Positions 29,721-38,702 of a DNA stretch of 64,000 nucleotides are shown piece after piece (the stretch's first letter is position 1; the number at the start of each line of letters is the position of its first letter). A program made the position numbers and the translations under genes. A model generated the notes under the pieces. It made no database searches. It saw nothing but the letters and a program-made list of their open reading frames with translations, and was not told the DNA's origin. The DNA lies in IMG/VR virus record IMGVR_UViG_3300037657_000053, positions 1 through 64,000 of that record; one strand, given 5' to 3'. This stretch comes from a virus.

Positions 29721-30274
29721 TTGTGCGACCGAACTATGACGATCCAATTCCCCCTATTCTCGGGCTCGAGATCGGTGAGGTGATCGATCGAGACGATCCA
29801 GAGGGGCTCGGTCGAGTGAGAATCCGAATCCCCGGATTGATCGATCGCTCTAATTGGGCTTGGCCCCTCGGGGTCTCAGGTGGCGGGTCAAGAGATGAGG
29901 GCTTCTTCAATGTTCCCCCGCTTCACTCAGAAGTCGGGGTTCTCTTCAAGCAAGGGCATCCCGATCACCCCTATTACATGCCGGCGAATTGGGGAACCGG
30001 CGAGCCCCCCGAAGCGAGTAGTGAGGGCGATCCCGACGTGAAGGTGATCGCCTTGAAAGATTATGATGTGATCGTCGATACGCGCCCGGCGTCGAAGAGC
30101 TTCAAGATCGTCGACAAGTCGAGTTCTCGAGACGTGATCGAGTTCAATGGAATCACTCGAGCTCTCACTCTCAAGGCGACTTCTGGGATCACGATCGAGG
30201 CGACCGGCGAGGTTCGGATCAACGGGTTACAAGTCATAATCAACGGAATCCCGGCCGGGCTCGGTCGGTTGTGA
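29717..30274 (+). CDS. Baseplate spike (gpV/gp5 OB-fold)
   Basis: DPEGLGRVR.RIP, WA.P, P...SEV.V.F..G.PD.P. Confidence 0.85.
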   Translation: MIVRPNYDDPIPPILGLEIGEVIDRDDPEGLGRVRIRIPGLIDRSNWAWPLGVSGGGSRDEGFFNVPPLHSEVGVLFKQGHPDHPYYMPANWGTGEPPEASSEGDPDVKVIALKDYDVIVDTRPASKSFKIVDKSSSRDVIEFNGITRALTLKATSGITIEATGEVRINGLQVIINGIPAGLGRL

Positions 30275-30281
30275 GGCGAAT

Positions 30282-30974
30282 ATGGTTTGCGTTATGGCTA
30301 CGGTGGGCGATCAGTCGGTCACGGTGAGACTTCCTGGGGGTGCGACGCTTCAACCCATGATCTCGGTTCCCTTTCCGACGAACCTTCAAATCGTGAAGAA
30401 CCTCCTCTCTCAGGCTTCGTCGGCTCTCGCCCCTCTCTTACCGGTCTTCAACATAATTGACGCGATCATCGCGATCAAAGACTTCGCGAGCTCGGTTCCC
30501 GAGTTGATCGTGAATCCCCCGGCCGTTGTGGAAGCGATTACGAATCTTGTTGAGAAGGTCGCCGCTCTCGCGAGCTTGATTCCGCAACTATCGGTTCCCC
30601 TTCTCATCGTCGATCTCGTCGGTGTGGTGATCCTCGCTCTTCAAGGTCTTGTGACTGAGCTTCAAGCGATCGTCGAACAACTCGAGAGGATCGAGGCGGC
30701 TCGTCAGATTGCACAAGACGAAGGAAACGTGGCTCTTCTCGAGATGACGATTTGCGCCGATGATCTGCTCGCGTCGGTTCAGGAGAATCTCTCGAATTCC
30801 CTCGGGCCGCTCAACTCGCTCTTCTCGGTGATCAACATCTTTCTCGAGTTGATCGGTCAAGATCCGATTCCGACTCTTGACGATCTTCCCGATGATCCGA
30901 ATGAGGCGATCGACACCTTGAACGCGCTCGTCGAGACCCTCACAATCATTCGACAGGCAATCCCGATTCCGTAG
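30282..30974 (+). CDS. Hypothetical helical protein
   Basis: GAGGCGAA RBS. Confidence 0.7.
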   Translation: MVCVMATVGDQSVTVRLPGGATLQPMISVPFPTNLQIVKNLLSQASSALAPLLPVFNIIDAIIAIKDFASSVPELIVNPPAVVEAITNLVEKVAALASLIPQLSVPLLIVDLVGVVILALQGLVTELQAIVEQLERIEAARQIAQDEGNVALLEMTICADDLLASVQENLSNSLGPLNSLFSVINIFLELIGQDPIPTLDDLPDDPNEAIDTLNALVETLTIIRQAIPIP

Positions 30975-31018
30975 CGGGGCGGTTCCTGGTACACTCAACC
31001 GAGAGGTGAGGCGATCTC

Positions 31019-32017
31019 ATGGCTTGGACCTTCGACGTGAATAATTCTTGTCTCGTTGCCGGAGATATCGGTAAGTCTTTTCTTATTTGGAAGGACAAGG
31101 GGGTCGCGAGTTCCATTCTCGAGGTTCTCGGATCGGGCGATGGAAGAACGGCATTTGAGAATTCAGGTCAAACGGCCGGTCCGAACTATGATGTTCTTAC
31201 AGGCGGGTCTTCCGTTTGGAACTCTGGAGTCGATAATGAATGGTCGAACACGAACGCTTGGCTCCGTGTTCGTGTGATCGGAACGACATTAGAGTTCATC
31301 ATTCAAAGACAATCTTCATCTTCCGCTTCTTACGAATCGGCGTTCAAGATTCTTGTTTCTCCAACCGGTTTCACGAGCGGCGGGGCTTCCGCTACTGTTC
31401 GACCCACCGGAACCGATCAACAATACCTTTTGGGTTCCGCCGTGGCTTTTGGAACTTTCGCTTCTTACAATACCGATATGCACATTCACGTTGGCTTCAA
31501 TGAAACGGCCAACGCAAACGGATTTCATTCTTTTTACCTTGCTTTGAACTATACGGCCTCGAAGCAACTCTATGCGGTTTGGCTTTTCGATTGCGTCGAT
31601 CAAGCAAAGACGGGCGATGCTCAAGATTGGGTCACTTATATTTATACGGGCTCAACTCCATTGTCATATGCTTACCTGGGATATATTAGCGCGACTTACG
31701 GTCAATCATATTACGATTATGGTGGAGCTTCGGAAGCTTTTTATAGGACCGAAGCCCAGCATTTGGTCAATGGATCAAATAACGCTTTTTTTCCGAGCTA
31801 TGTTGGAATTCAACCGGAAGATTCTAAAACTCGATCGTTCCCAATCGTTTGGGGATGCGTGGCTTATACTTTTTATAAGGGTGTGAGCTCGTTTATCGAG
31901 TGGAAAGGAATCGCGGCGAGAAACTATCCCGATACGGTGGATCTGGCGTCGACGGATGCGAAGGTCTACTTTGACGATGTGCTTCTTCCTTGGGAACAGG
32001 GAACGGCTCCGTTGTAG
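31019..32017 (+). CDS. Hypothetical virion protein, lower GC
   Basis: GAGGTGAGG RBS; aromatic- and Ser-rich. Confidence 0.7.
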   Translation: MAWTFDVNNSCLVAGDIGKSFLIWKDKGVASSILEVLGSGDGRTAFENSGQTAGPNYDVLTGGSSVWNSGVDNEWSNTNAWLRVRVIGTTLEFIIQRQSSSSASYESAFKILVSPTGFTSGGASATVRPTGTDQQYLLGSAVAFGTFASYNTDMHIHVGFNETANANGFHSFYLALNYTASKQLYAVWLFDCVDQAKTGDAQDWVTYIYTGSTPLSYAYLGYISATYGQSYYDYGGASEAFYRTEAQHLVNGSNNAFFPSYVGIQPEDSKTRSFPIVWGCVAYTFYKGVSSFIEWKGIAARNYPDTVDLASTDAKVYFDDVLLPWEQGTAPL

Positions 32018-32037
32018 TTGTAGGTAGAAGGTGAATC

Positions 32038-32829
32038 GTGGCCGATTACACCGATAGCGCAGAGCTTTCAATCGATCTTCCCCTTCAAGGACAGATTGAT
32101 TCGTTGTATGCCGGGCGAGTTCTTGCGGCGGCGGCAGCGGCCGACATCACACCTCCGACAATCAACTCATTCACGCCTTCGGCCGGAACGATCGACCCTA
32201 GTCAATCAATTGTGATTGAAATGGGCGACGATGAAGAGCTCAACACGGGTCGAAAGGTCTTCGTTTTTGCGAGCTATCCTCTTCTCGGTCTGATCGAACT
32301 CGCTTATGACGGCTCGGCTTTCGTCGGCGATTACACCGGATCTGAGATTCAAACTTCCGCGCCCCCGGCAGAGCTCGTTGAGTTGACGATCTCGAGAACC
32401 GGGGGATGGTATGCCTCGCCCCTACACCTCATCGTTTACGTCTTCGACGAAGCAGGGAATCAAGCGACAGATACCGAGATTTATACGGTGAGCCCCGATC
32501 CGACCGTTCTTCCCGACTCGACCGCGCCGGTCGTATTGAACTACTCACCGGCTCCGGGCTCGACGATCAGCACGGGTGATTCAATCGCCTTTGACGTGAC
32601 CGACAACTCGGGAAGTTTCACGCGAATCATGGTGGTCGCGTGGTATCGTGCGACGGGCGTTCAAGAGGTGATTCACGACGGCGATGGATTTACCGGATAC
32701 TTCAATTCGACGAGTTCTCGAGTGATCATCTCGGGGGGCTACCGTTACACCGTCGCACGGTTCGGTGGTTGGGAACATTCGCCAACGATTCGAGTGTTCC
32801 CCATTGATGCGGCCGGGAACGAGGCTTAG
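32038..32829 (+). CDS. Tandem Ig-like domain virion protein
   Basis: Two related halves, each starting D.T.P and ending D.AGN.A. Confidence 0.65.
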   Translation: MADYTDSAELSIDLPLQGQIDSLYAGRVLAAAAAADITPPTINSFTPSAGTIDPSQSIVIEMGDDEELNTGRKVFVFASYPLLGLIELAYDGSAFVGDYTGSEIQTSAPPAELVELTISRTGGWYASPLHLIVYVFDEAGNQATDTEIYTVSPDPTVLPDSTAPVVLNYSPAPGSTISTGDSIAFDVTDNSGSFTRIMVVAWYRATGVQEVIHDGDGFTGYFNSTSSRVIISGGYRYTVARFGGWEHSPTIRVFPIDAAGNEA

Positions 32830-32831
32830 AC

Positions 32832-33350
32832 GTGCCTTCGAGCGCAACCTATACCCTAACCACTCCCGGGGCTCCCGCGCCTTCAGGGGGCGTTACCGGG
32901 GCAGGAATCGCCCCTTCCTCCGGTCCCGACTTCCTCGGCTTCGGATTGCTCGCTCCGTTCCAACGAACGGCGGCCGACTTCGCGAACGCGGGGGGAATGG
33001 AACACCTTCAATCTATGATCGGACAGGTTCTCGGCACCATGGCGGGGTCGGACTATACGGAAGGTGAGATTCCTTGGAGATCCGACTTTGGTTCGCTGCT
33101 TCATTTACTCCGTCATCGAAACAACGATCCGGTCACGGCAGAGCTTGCCCGAGTCTACATTGGCGAAGCTCTCGCTCGTTGGATTCCTCAGATTCGTTTG
33201 ATCGACGTGCGAACCGAAAAGCGCAAGGGCCCCGAGGGCGAAGAGAACGTTCTCGAGGTGAGGATCAAGTATCGAATCGTTGGGATTCAACAAGCCGGGA
33301 ACGAGGTTCTCGGTCAACCGATTTCACAATCCGTCTACCTTCCCGCATAA
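32832..33350 (+). CDS. Baseplate wedge protein (gp25/gpW-like)
   Basis: QVLGT..GE..WRSDFGS.L, ALARW.P. Confidence 0.82.
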   Translation: MPSSATYTLTTPGAPAPSGGVTGAGIAPSSGPDFLGFGLLAPFQRTAADFANAGGMEHLQSMIGQVLGTMAGSDYTEGEIPWRSDFGSLLHLLRHRNNDPVTAELARVYIGEALARWIPQIRLIDVRTEKRKGPEGEENVLEVRIKYRIVGIQQAGNEVLGQPISQSVYLPA

Positions 33351-33438
33351 TAGAACCTCGACATTGTAAACCCGGGTTTCCGCGCGAGTGACGCCGAAGA
33401 CGACTCGGGTTATAGTCGTTTGAAGGAAGGGGCTTCAA

Positions 33439-34941
33439 ATGGCCGTTCTCGGATCACAGCTTGACTATAGCGACAAGGACTTTGACGCGATCCGTGCGAG
33501 ACTCTTCAACCTCGTCGCGGGTGTCTTTCCGACTTGGACGGCGCGTCAAGTGGCTTCATTCGGAACCCTCTTGATCGAGCTCTATTCCTTCGTCGGCGAT
33601 GTGTTACACAAGTATCAAGACAACCAAGCCGGCGATTCTCGTTGGTCTACTGCGACGCAACGTAAGAATTTGATCGCCATGGCGAAGCTGATCGGCTTCG
33701 AGCCGGCGACGGCGACGGCTTCACAAGTCGATCTCGTGATCTCAATGCCAAGCGCACAAGCAACCGACGTCGATATTCCGGCCGGCTCGATCTGCCGAAC
33801 GAATTCGAGATCGAATCAGGTCAAGTTCCCGACTCTTGTTGACGCGGTGATCACGGCAGGCTCGCTCTCGACAACAGTCACGGGGGAAAACTCGGAAGAG
33901 GAAGAAGACATCTTCACTTCTTCCGAGACTCCGAACTATTCGTTCGTTCTCGAGTCGGCCCCCTATCTCGATGGCTCGATCATTCTCACGGCTGGAAACG
34001 GTGTCTATTCCGAAGTTGACGACTTCCTCGACTCGACTTCGATCGACCTTCACTTCACGATCACGGTCGATCAGAACGACAAGGCGACGGTGAGATTCGG
34101 CGATGGGAACAACGGGGCGATCCCGACCGGTACGATCACCGCGTCTTACAAGACGGGCGGGGGCGCGATCGGGGTGGTTGAATCCGGTGCGGTTTCGGTA
34201 ATCGAGGGGAACTATCAAGCCGACGACGGGACGATTGTTCAACTCTCAGTCACCAATCCGACCGCTTCGACCGAAGCAACCGACCGGAACACGATCGAGC
34301 AGATCCGACAACTCGCGCCTCTCTCGCTTCGGGTTCTCAATCGAACCGTCTCGAGGGAAGATTACGAGGTGAACGCGAAGAGGGTCGCAGGCGTGGTTCG
34401 GGCTTGTATGCTCACCTCGAACGAGAACGGGGCGATCGCTGAGAACGCGGGAATCCTCTTCATTGTTCCAACGGGCGGCGGAACCCCGACGGCGGCTCTT
34501 CTCTCGGCCGTCGAGACCATGGTAACGATCACCTATCCGAACACCCTTACATTCTCTCTTGTCGTTTCGGCGCCGTCTTACAAAGCGGTCAATGTCTATG
34601 CGAAGGTGTATCCCCGAGCCGGTCAAGATGCGGCGACCCTTCGATCTCGAATTGTGGCGAACCTCACGGACTTCTTCGCCGTTGAGAATGACGATGGAAC
34701 GCCGAATGAGAGCATCGGCTTCGGTTATGACTATGCGGAAACGGGCGACACTAGCGGCGACTTCCCATGGTCAGATGTCTTCAACGTGGTCCGTGACACG
34801 ATCGGAGTAAAAAAGGTCGACGCGGGGGTTGACGGCTTTCTTCTCAACGGCGAACGTGACGACGTGAGTCTTCTACTATGGGAATTCCCTCAAGTGGGTA
34901 CGATCACGTTGATCAACGGTAATACGGGGGCCGCGCTCTAA
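33439..34941 (+). CDS. Baseplate J/gp6-like wedge protein
   Basis: DY.DKDF, FGDG..G.IP, R.VS.EDY motifs. Confidence 0.88.
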   Translation: MAVLGSQLDYSDKDFDAIRARLFNLVAGVFPTWTARQVASFGTLLIELYSFVGDVLHKYQDNQAGDSRWSTATQRKNLIAMAKLIGFEPATATASQVDLVISMPSAQATDVDIPAGSICRTNSRSNQVKFPTLVDAVITAGSLSTTVTGENSEEEEDIFTSSETPNYSFVLESAPYLDGSIILTAGNGVYSEVDDFLDSTSIDLHFTITVDQNDKATVRFGDGNNGAIPTGTITASYKTGGGAIGVVESGAVSVIEGNYQADDGTIVQLSVTNPTASTEATDRNTIEQIRQLAPLSLRVLNRTVSREDYEVNAKRVAGVVRACMLTSNENGAIAENAGILFIVPTGGGTPTAALLSAVETMVTITYPNTLTFSLVVSAPSYKAVNVYAKVYPRAGQDAATLRSRIVANLTDFFAVENDDGTPNESIGFGYDYAETGDTSGDFPWSDVFNVVRDTIGVKKVDAGVDGFLLNGERDDVSLLLWEFPQVGTITLINGNTGAAL

Positions 34942-34942
34942 C

Positions 34943-35818
34943 ATGGCATTCAATAACCTCGGTTTTGAAGATGAACATGCGACGGATACCGGGCTTCCCG
35001 ATGTTTGGATCGTTGCTCTTACGAGCTCGGGAATGAGCACAGCGGCATTCGGTTCCTCGACTCCCGATCGCCTTCCCTTCGAGGCTTTCGAGAGTGAGTG
35101 GTCGACGAACGAAGACTTCCTCTTCGACTTCGCCGATCCGGTCGATCCCCTCGAGAGGGAACAAGCAGTCTATGACACGGCTGGAACTTATGAGGGGGTC
35201 GAAGACTTCGAGGAATTGTGGGATTCAAACGAGAGCTTCCTCTTCTCGAGGGGCTCGGTTTCGGCGGCGAGTTATGATACATCGGCTCCCGAGACGGTCG
35301 AAGACTTCGAGGAAGAGTGGTCGTCAAATGAAGATTTCCTGTTTGATTGGGTTGATGTTGTAGCCGGTCTCGGGGAAGATGCGGCCGACTTCGATTCCTC
35401 AACTCCCGAGACGGTCGAAGACTTCGAGGAAGAGTGGTCGTCAAATGAGAGTTTCCATTTTGATCGAACGACCGTCTCTCTAGGAGTGGCGAGTTTTGAT
35501 GGAGATACAGTCGAAGATTTCGAGGAAGTGAACGTTCCCTTCGTTGTGATCGCCGACACTGTGGCCGATACGCTCACGAAGACGGCTCACGGGTTGAGCA
35601 ACGGCGAGACGGTTACTCTCTCGAACGTCGGCGGCGAGCTTCCCGGGGGCTTGAACGAGGGTTATAAATACTTCGTCGTCAACAAGACTGCGAACGATTT
35701 TCAACTCTCGGCGACGAGTGGCGGTTCGGCAATCGACCTAACGACGGTTGGGGTCGGAACCCATACCGTGACTCCCGATCCAGCGGTGTTCTGGGTTCTT
35801 CAAATGACGACGGTTTGA
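34943..35818 (+). CDS. Acidic repeat-containing baseplate accessory protein
   Basis: Repeated EDFEEEWSSNE units; C-terminal HGLSNGE.V...Y.V...F.LS domain. Confidence 0.7.
   Translation: MAFNNLGFEDEHATDTGLPDVWIVALTSSGMSTAAFGSSTPDRLPFEAFESEWSTNEDFLFDFADPVDPLEREQAVYDTAGTYEGVEDFEELWDSNESFLFSRGSVSAASYDTSAPETVEDFEEEWSSNEDFLFDWVDVVAGLGEDAADFDSSTPETVEDFEEEWSSNESFHFDRTTVSLGVASFDGDTVEDFEEVNVPFVVIADTVADTLTKTAHGLSNGETVTLSNVGGELPGGLNEGYKYFVVNKTANDFQLSATSGGSAIDLTTVGVGTHTVTPDPAVFWVLQMTTV
35286..35448 (+). repeat. 46-bp exact direct repeat inside a CDS (35286-35331 and 35403-35448)
   Basis: CTCCCGAGACGGTCGAAGACTTCGAGGAAGAGTGGTCGTCAAATGA occurs twice. Confidence 0.9.
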
Positions 35819-35831
35819 CAGGAGCAGGACT

Positions 35832-36536
35832 TTGGCAAGCATAGATTGGACGGAATGTAACGATTCTCTCGCGATCGGCGTGATCGATCGAGGGGTGACG
35901 ACCGGAATCGCCCGACCGAACGGCGGCGGGAATTTCGTTTTCGGGTTCAACTCGTTGACGACGGCCGAAGGCGCGGTTGGCTTCTTCACGAACCAAGTGA
36001 ATTTTGCCCCTATGGCAAAGGGAATGACGGTTCAAGCGGCGATCCAACGAGGGGTGAGCGGCGGGCTTACCAACTTCGCACCTTTCCTCATCGCCGGCTT
36101 GCAGGGTCCGAGCGTCAACGACAACGCCTATCTGCTCGGGCTCGCCGACGACGATCCTCACCATATCGTCTTGAAGAAGGGCGCCCCGAGTTCAAACCTC
36201 GAAGATCTCGAGCCCGACGCGCCGAACAACGGGATTCTTCTTCGTTCGGTCTCGAGTCACTCGCCAGGCGATTGGCTTCATCTCCGACTCGACATGATCG
36301 TCAATCTCAACGGCGACGTTTTGCTTCAATGCTTCGAGAACGATCTGAGCTCGAACGCGGTCACGTCCCCGGTTTGGTCTGCGATCTCCGGCATGGAAGA
36401 ATTCATTGACGACGCTCTCGCGATCAACTCGGGAAGCGCCCCCTACACGAGCGGTCGGGGCGGCTTCGGGTTCTTCTCGAAAGACGTCACTCGCCGGGGC
36501 TATCTAGACCATGTGGCAATATATCGCCAGCTTTGA
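35832..36536 (+). CDS. Hypothetical virion protein
   Basis: AGGAG RBS, TTG start; beta-rich. Confidence 0.7.
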   Translation: MASIDWTECNDSLAIGVIDRGVTTGIARPNGGGNFVFGFNSLTTAEGAVGFFTNQVNFAPMAKGMTVQAAIQRGVSGGLTNFAPFLIAGLQGPSVNDNAYLLGLADDDPHHIVLKKGAPSSNLEDLEPDAPNNGILLRSVSSHSPGDWLHLRLDMIVNLNGDVLLQCFENDLSSNAVTSPVWSAISGMEEFIDDALAINSGSAPYTSGRGGFGFFSKDVTRRGYLDHVAIYRQL

Positions 36537-36576
36537 TAATTGTCTCGTGTAAACCCGGGTTTCCAAGAGGTATGTC

Positions 36577-37281
36577 ATGGCGGGCGAGCGAGAAAGCTTC
36601 ATCACAAACCTTCCCGGGATCGAACAATGTCGCGTTGACTCGATCAACTTCGAGCCTCCCGAGGGAAGCCATACTTTCGTTCTCGGGAGCGATCCGACCG
36701 GCCGCTTCGGATGGTTCAAGAAAGGCGATATCTTCGACGTCTATCAGAGCGACTCACCGACCGCCGCCGCGAAGATCCTTCGCTTCTCGGGGAAGTGGCG
36801 CGGCCCGACGCTCGCTCTTCCCGCCGTCTCGGCCGAAGTCGGGCCGCCGAATTTCTTCGTTCTTGCCGACGGCCAAACCCTCATTCTCGCGATCGATGAG
36901 GGGGCGAATCAGACGATCATCTTCGCGGCGGCGGCCTTCGCCGATATCGCGAAGGCGACTCCCTCGGAAGTGGTCGCCGCTATCAATGCCCAATTGACGG
37001 GCGCAACGGCCGCTCTCACGGGCCGGGGCGCCTTGAAGGTGTCGACCCATAGCACCGGGCGGCGGGCCCGTGTGGCGGTCGTGGGGGGCACGGCGGCGGC
37101 TCTTGTGATGGAAGAGCTCGCGTGGAAGGCGAGCCTTCGAGTCGGGGGTGATGAGCTCGCTTCACGGTTTCTTCTTCCCGGCGAGGAACAAGACCTTTCC
37201 GACATGGCGGCGAATCTGATCGAATACATGGCGGCGGCGCCGTTCGATGTTCGCTTCCGTCTTGAGGTGATCGCGAGATGA
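36577..37281 (+). CDS. Hypothetical virion protein sharing a segment with the sheath insertion
   Basis: GAGG RBS; L.DGQTL..F..AT..EV.A.INA. Confidence 0.7.
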   Translation: MAGERESFITNLPGIEQCRVDSINFEPPEGSHTFVLGSDPTGRFGWFKKGDIFDVYQSDSPTAAAKILRFSGKWRGPTLALPAVSAEVGPPNFFVLADGQTLILAIDEGANQTIIFAAAAFADIAKATPSEVVAAINAQLTGATAALTGRGALKVSTHSTGRRARVAVVGGTAAALVMEELAWKASLRVGGDELASRFLLPGEEQDLSDMAANLIEYMAAAPFDVRFRLEVIAR

Positions 37282-38690
37282 CAGTTTTCATCGAACTTCC
37301 CGCGCTATACGTTGACGAGGTTCTCTTCGATGAGCTCTCACTCGGCGCCGGGGCGGTCTATCTTCAAATCATCAACCGAGACCCCGAGCCCGATCAAGTC
37401 GAGGTTCTCGCCGACGCTCTCATCTCATTCGACGTCGCCGGCTCACTTGCGAATCCTCCGACCCTTGCTTCGACGGTGATTCGGATTCAAATGACGGCGG
37501 CCGATGGAACGGTCGGGCCCCTCGTCACGGTTTACGACGGATCGGCGGGCGGCTTCCAAGCCGGTTGGAATGGTCCGTCTTCGGCCGTTTCTGCGATCGA
37601 TCCGTCGACGACTCGCTTCGTGATCGATTCTACTCTCGCGTTCGATTCTCTTGAGATGGTCGCAGTCTTTCTCTTGACCGACTCACCGGGCTATGTCGGA
37701 ACCTATGAAGTTGATTGGTCCTTCCGAATCGAGGATCTCACCGCGCCCCGAGTCGTCTCGGCGCAGTCAAGAGAACCGAAGATCGTTCGACTCACCTTCG
37801 ATGAACCGATCGACTCGACGACGGCTCTCGTCGCGGCGAACTACATCTTCACTCGTCTCGAGGTTCCGGCCGTCTCGGTCGTGGCTTCATCGGTTTCGTT
37901 CGTCTCGTCCTATTCCGTCGACGTTGAGCTCGATATCGAGATCAGCCCAGGGAAGAGTTACCTTGTTACGGTCGAGAACGTCGAAGATCTTCTTGAGAAC
38001 GCGATCGCCGCTCCTTTCAACTCTGCCGTCTTTGAGGGATACACACCGACGAACATTCCCTTCGATCGATACTTTGAACTTTGGCATATGCTTCCGAGGA
38101 AGAATCGCGACGAAGACAACGGTGATTTGTGGAAGTTCATCGCTTGCCTTCAAGAGATGACAGATCTTCTTCTTGCAGAGATCGATGCTTGGACCGACAT
38201 CATCGATCCCGACTTGGCCCCTGAGATTTTTCTCGATGCGATGCTTCAAGATCTCGGGAACCCCTTCGATTTCGATCTCGACGAGACGGGAAAGAGGAAG
38301 CTCATTCGGGTTCTCGTTTCGATCTATCGACAGAAGGGAACCGGGATCGGGATCATCAACGTCGTTCGATTTTTCCTTGGGATCGAGATTACGATCAATG
38401 CATATTCTGACGAGGGGTGGGATCTCGGGATCGACGAGCTCGGGGATTCCTTGATCGACGGAACGGCAATTCTAGGACCGGGTACGATATATGCCCGCTT
38501 CTCATTTGAGATCGAGAGCCCGATCGCATTGACTGACGAGCAACGCGAACAGATCGTCTCTATCGCGAACTACATGAAACCGGGGCATACTCATCTTATC
38601 AGGATCGTCGAACCAGAGATTCCGATTGTGATCGATCATCTCGAACTCGGTCTCTCGGTTCTCGGCGACGGTGAATGGTTGCTTCACTAG
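37278..38690 (+). CDS. Baseplate tail protein I-like with N-terminal Ig-like domains
   Basis: DPDLAP..FLD.ML, YRQKGT..GI, KP.HT. Confidence 0.78.
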   Translation: MTVFIELPALYVDEVLFDELSLGAGAVYLQIINRDPEPDQVEVLADALISFDVAGSLANPPTLASTVIRIQMTAADGTVGPLVTVYDGSAGGFQAGWNGPSSAVSAIDPSTTRFVIDSTLAFDSLEMVAVFLLTDSPGYVGTYEVDWSFRIEDLTAPRVVSAQSREPKIVRLTFDEPIDSTTALVAANYIFTRLEVPAVSVVASSVSFVSSYSVDVELDIEISPGKSYLVTVENVEDLLENAIAAPFNSAVFEGYTPTNIPFDRYFELWHMLPRKNRDEDNGDLWKFIACLQEMTDLLLAEIDAWTDIIDPDLAPEIFLDAMLQDLGNPFDFDLDETGKRKLIRVLVSIYRQKGTGIGIINVVRFFLGIEITINAYSDEGWDLGIDELGDSLIDGTAILGPGTIYARFSFEIESPIALTDEQREQIVSIANYMKPGHTHLIRIVEPEIPIVIDHLELGLSVLGDGEWLLH

Positions 38691-38702
38691 AGAGGTTCCG
38701 AC

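Noticed and set aside
35286-35448. Diversity-generating retroelement TR/VR pair
   Set aside because: In-frame protein repeats without adenine-specific differences; no reverse transcriptase in the window
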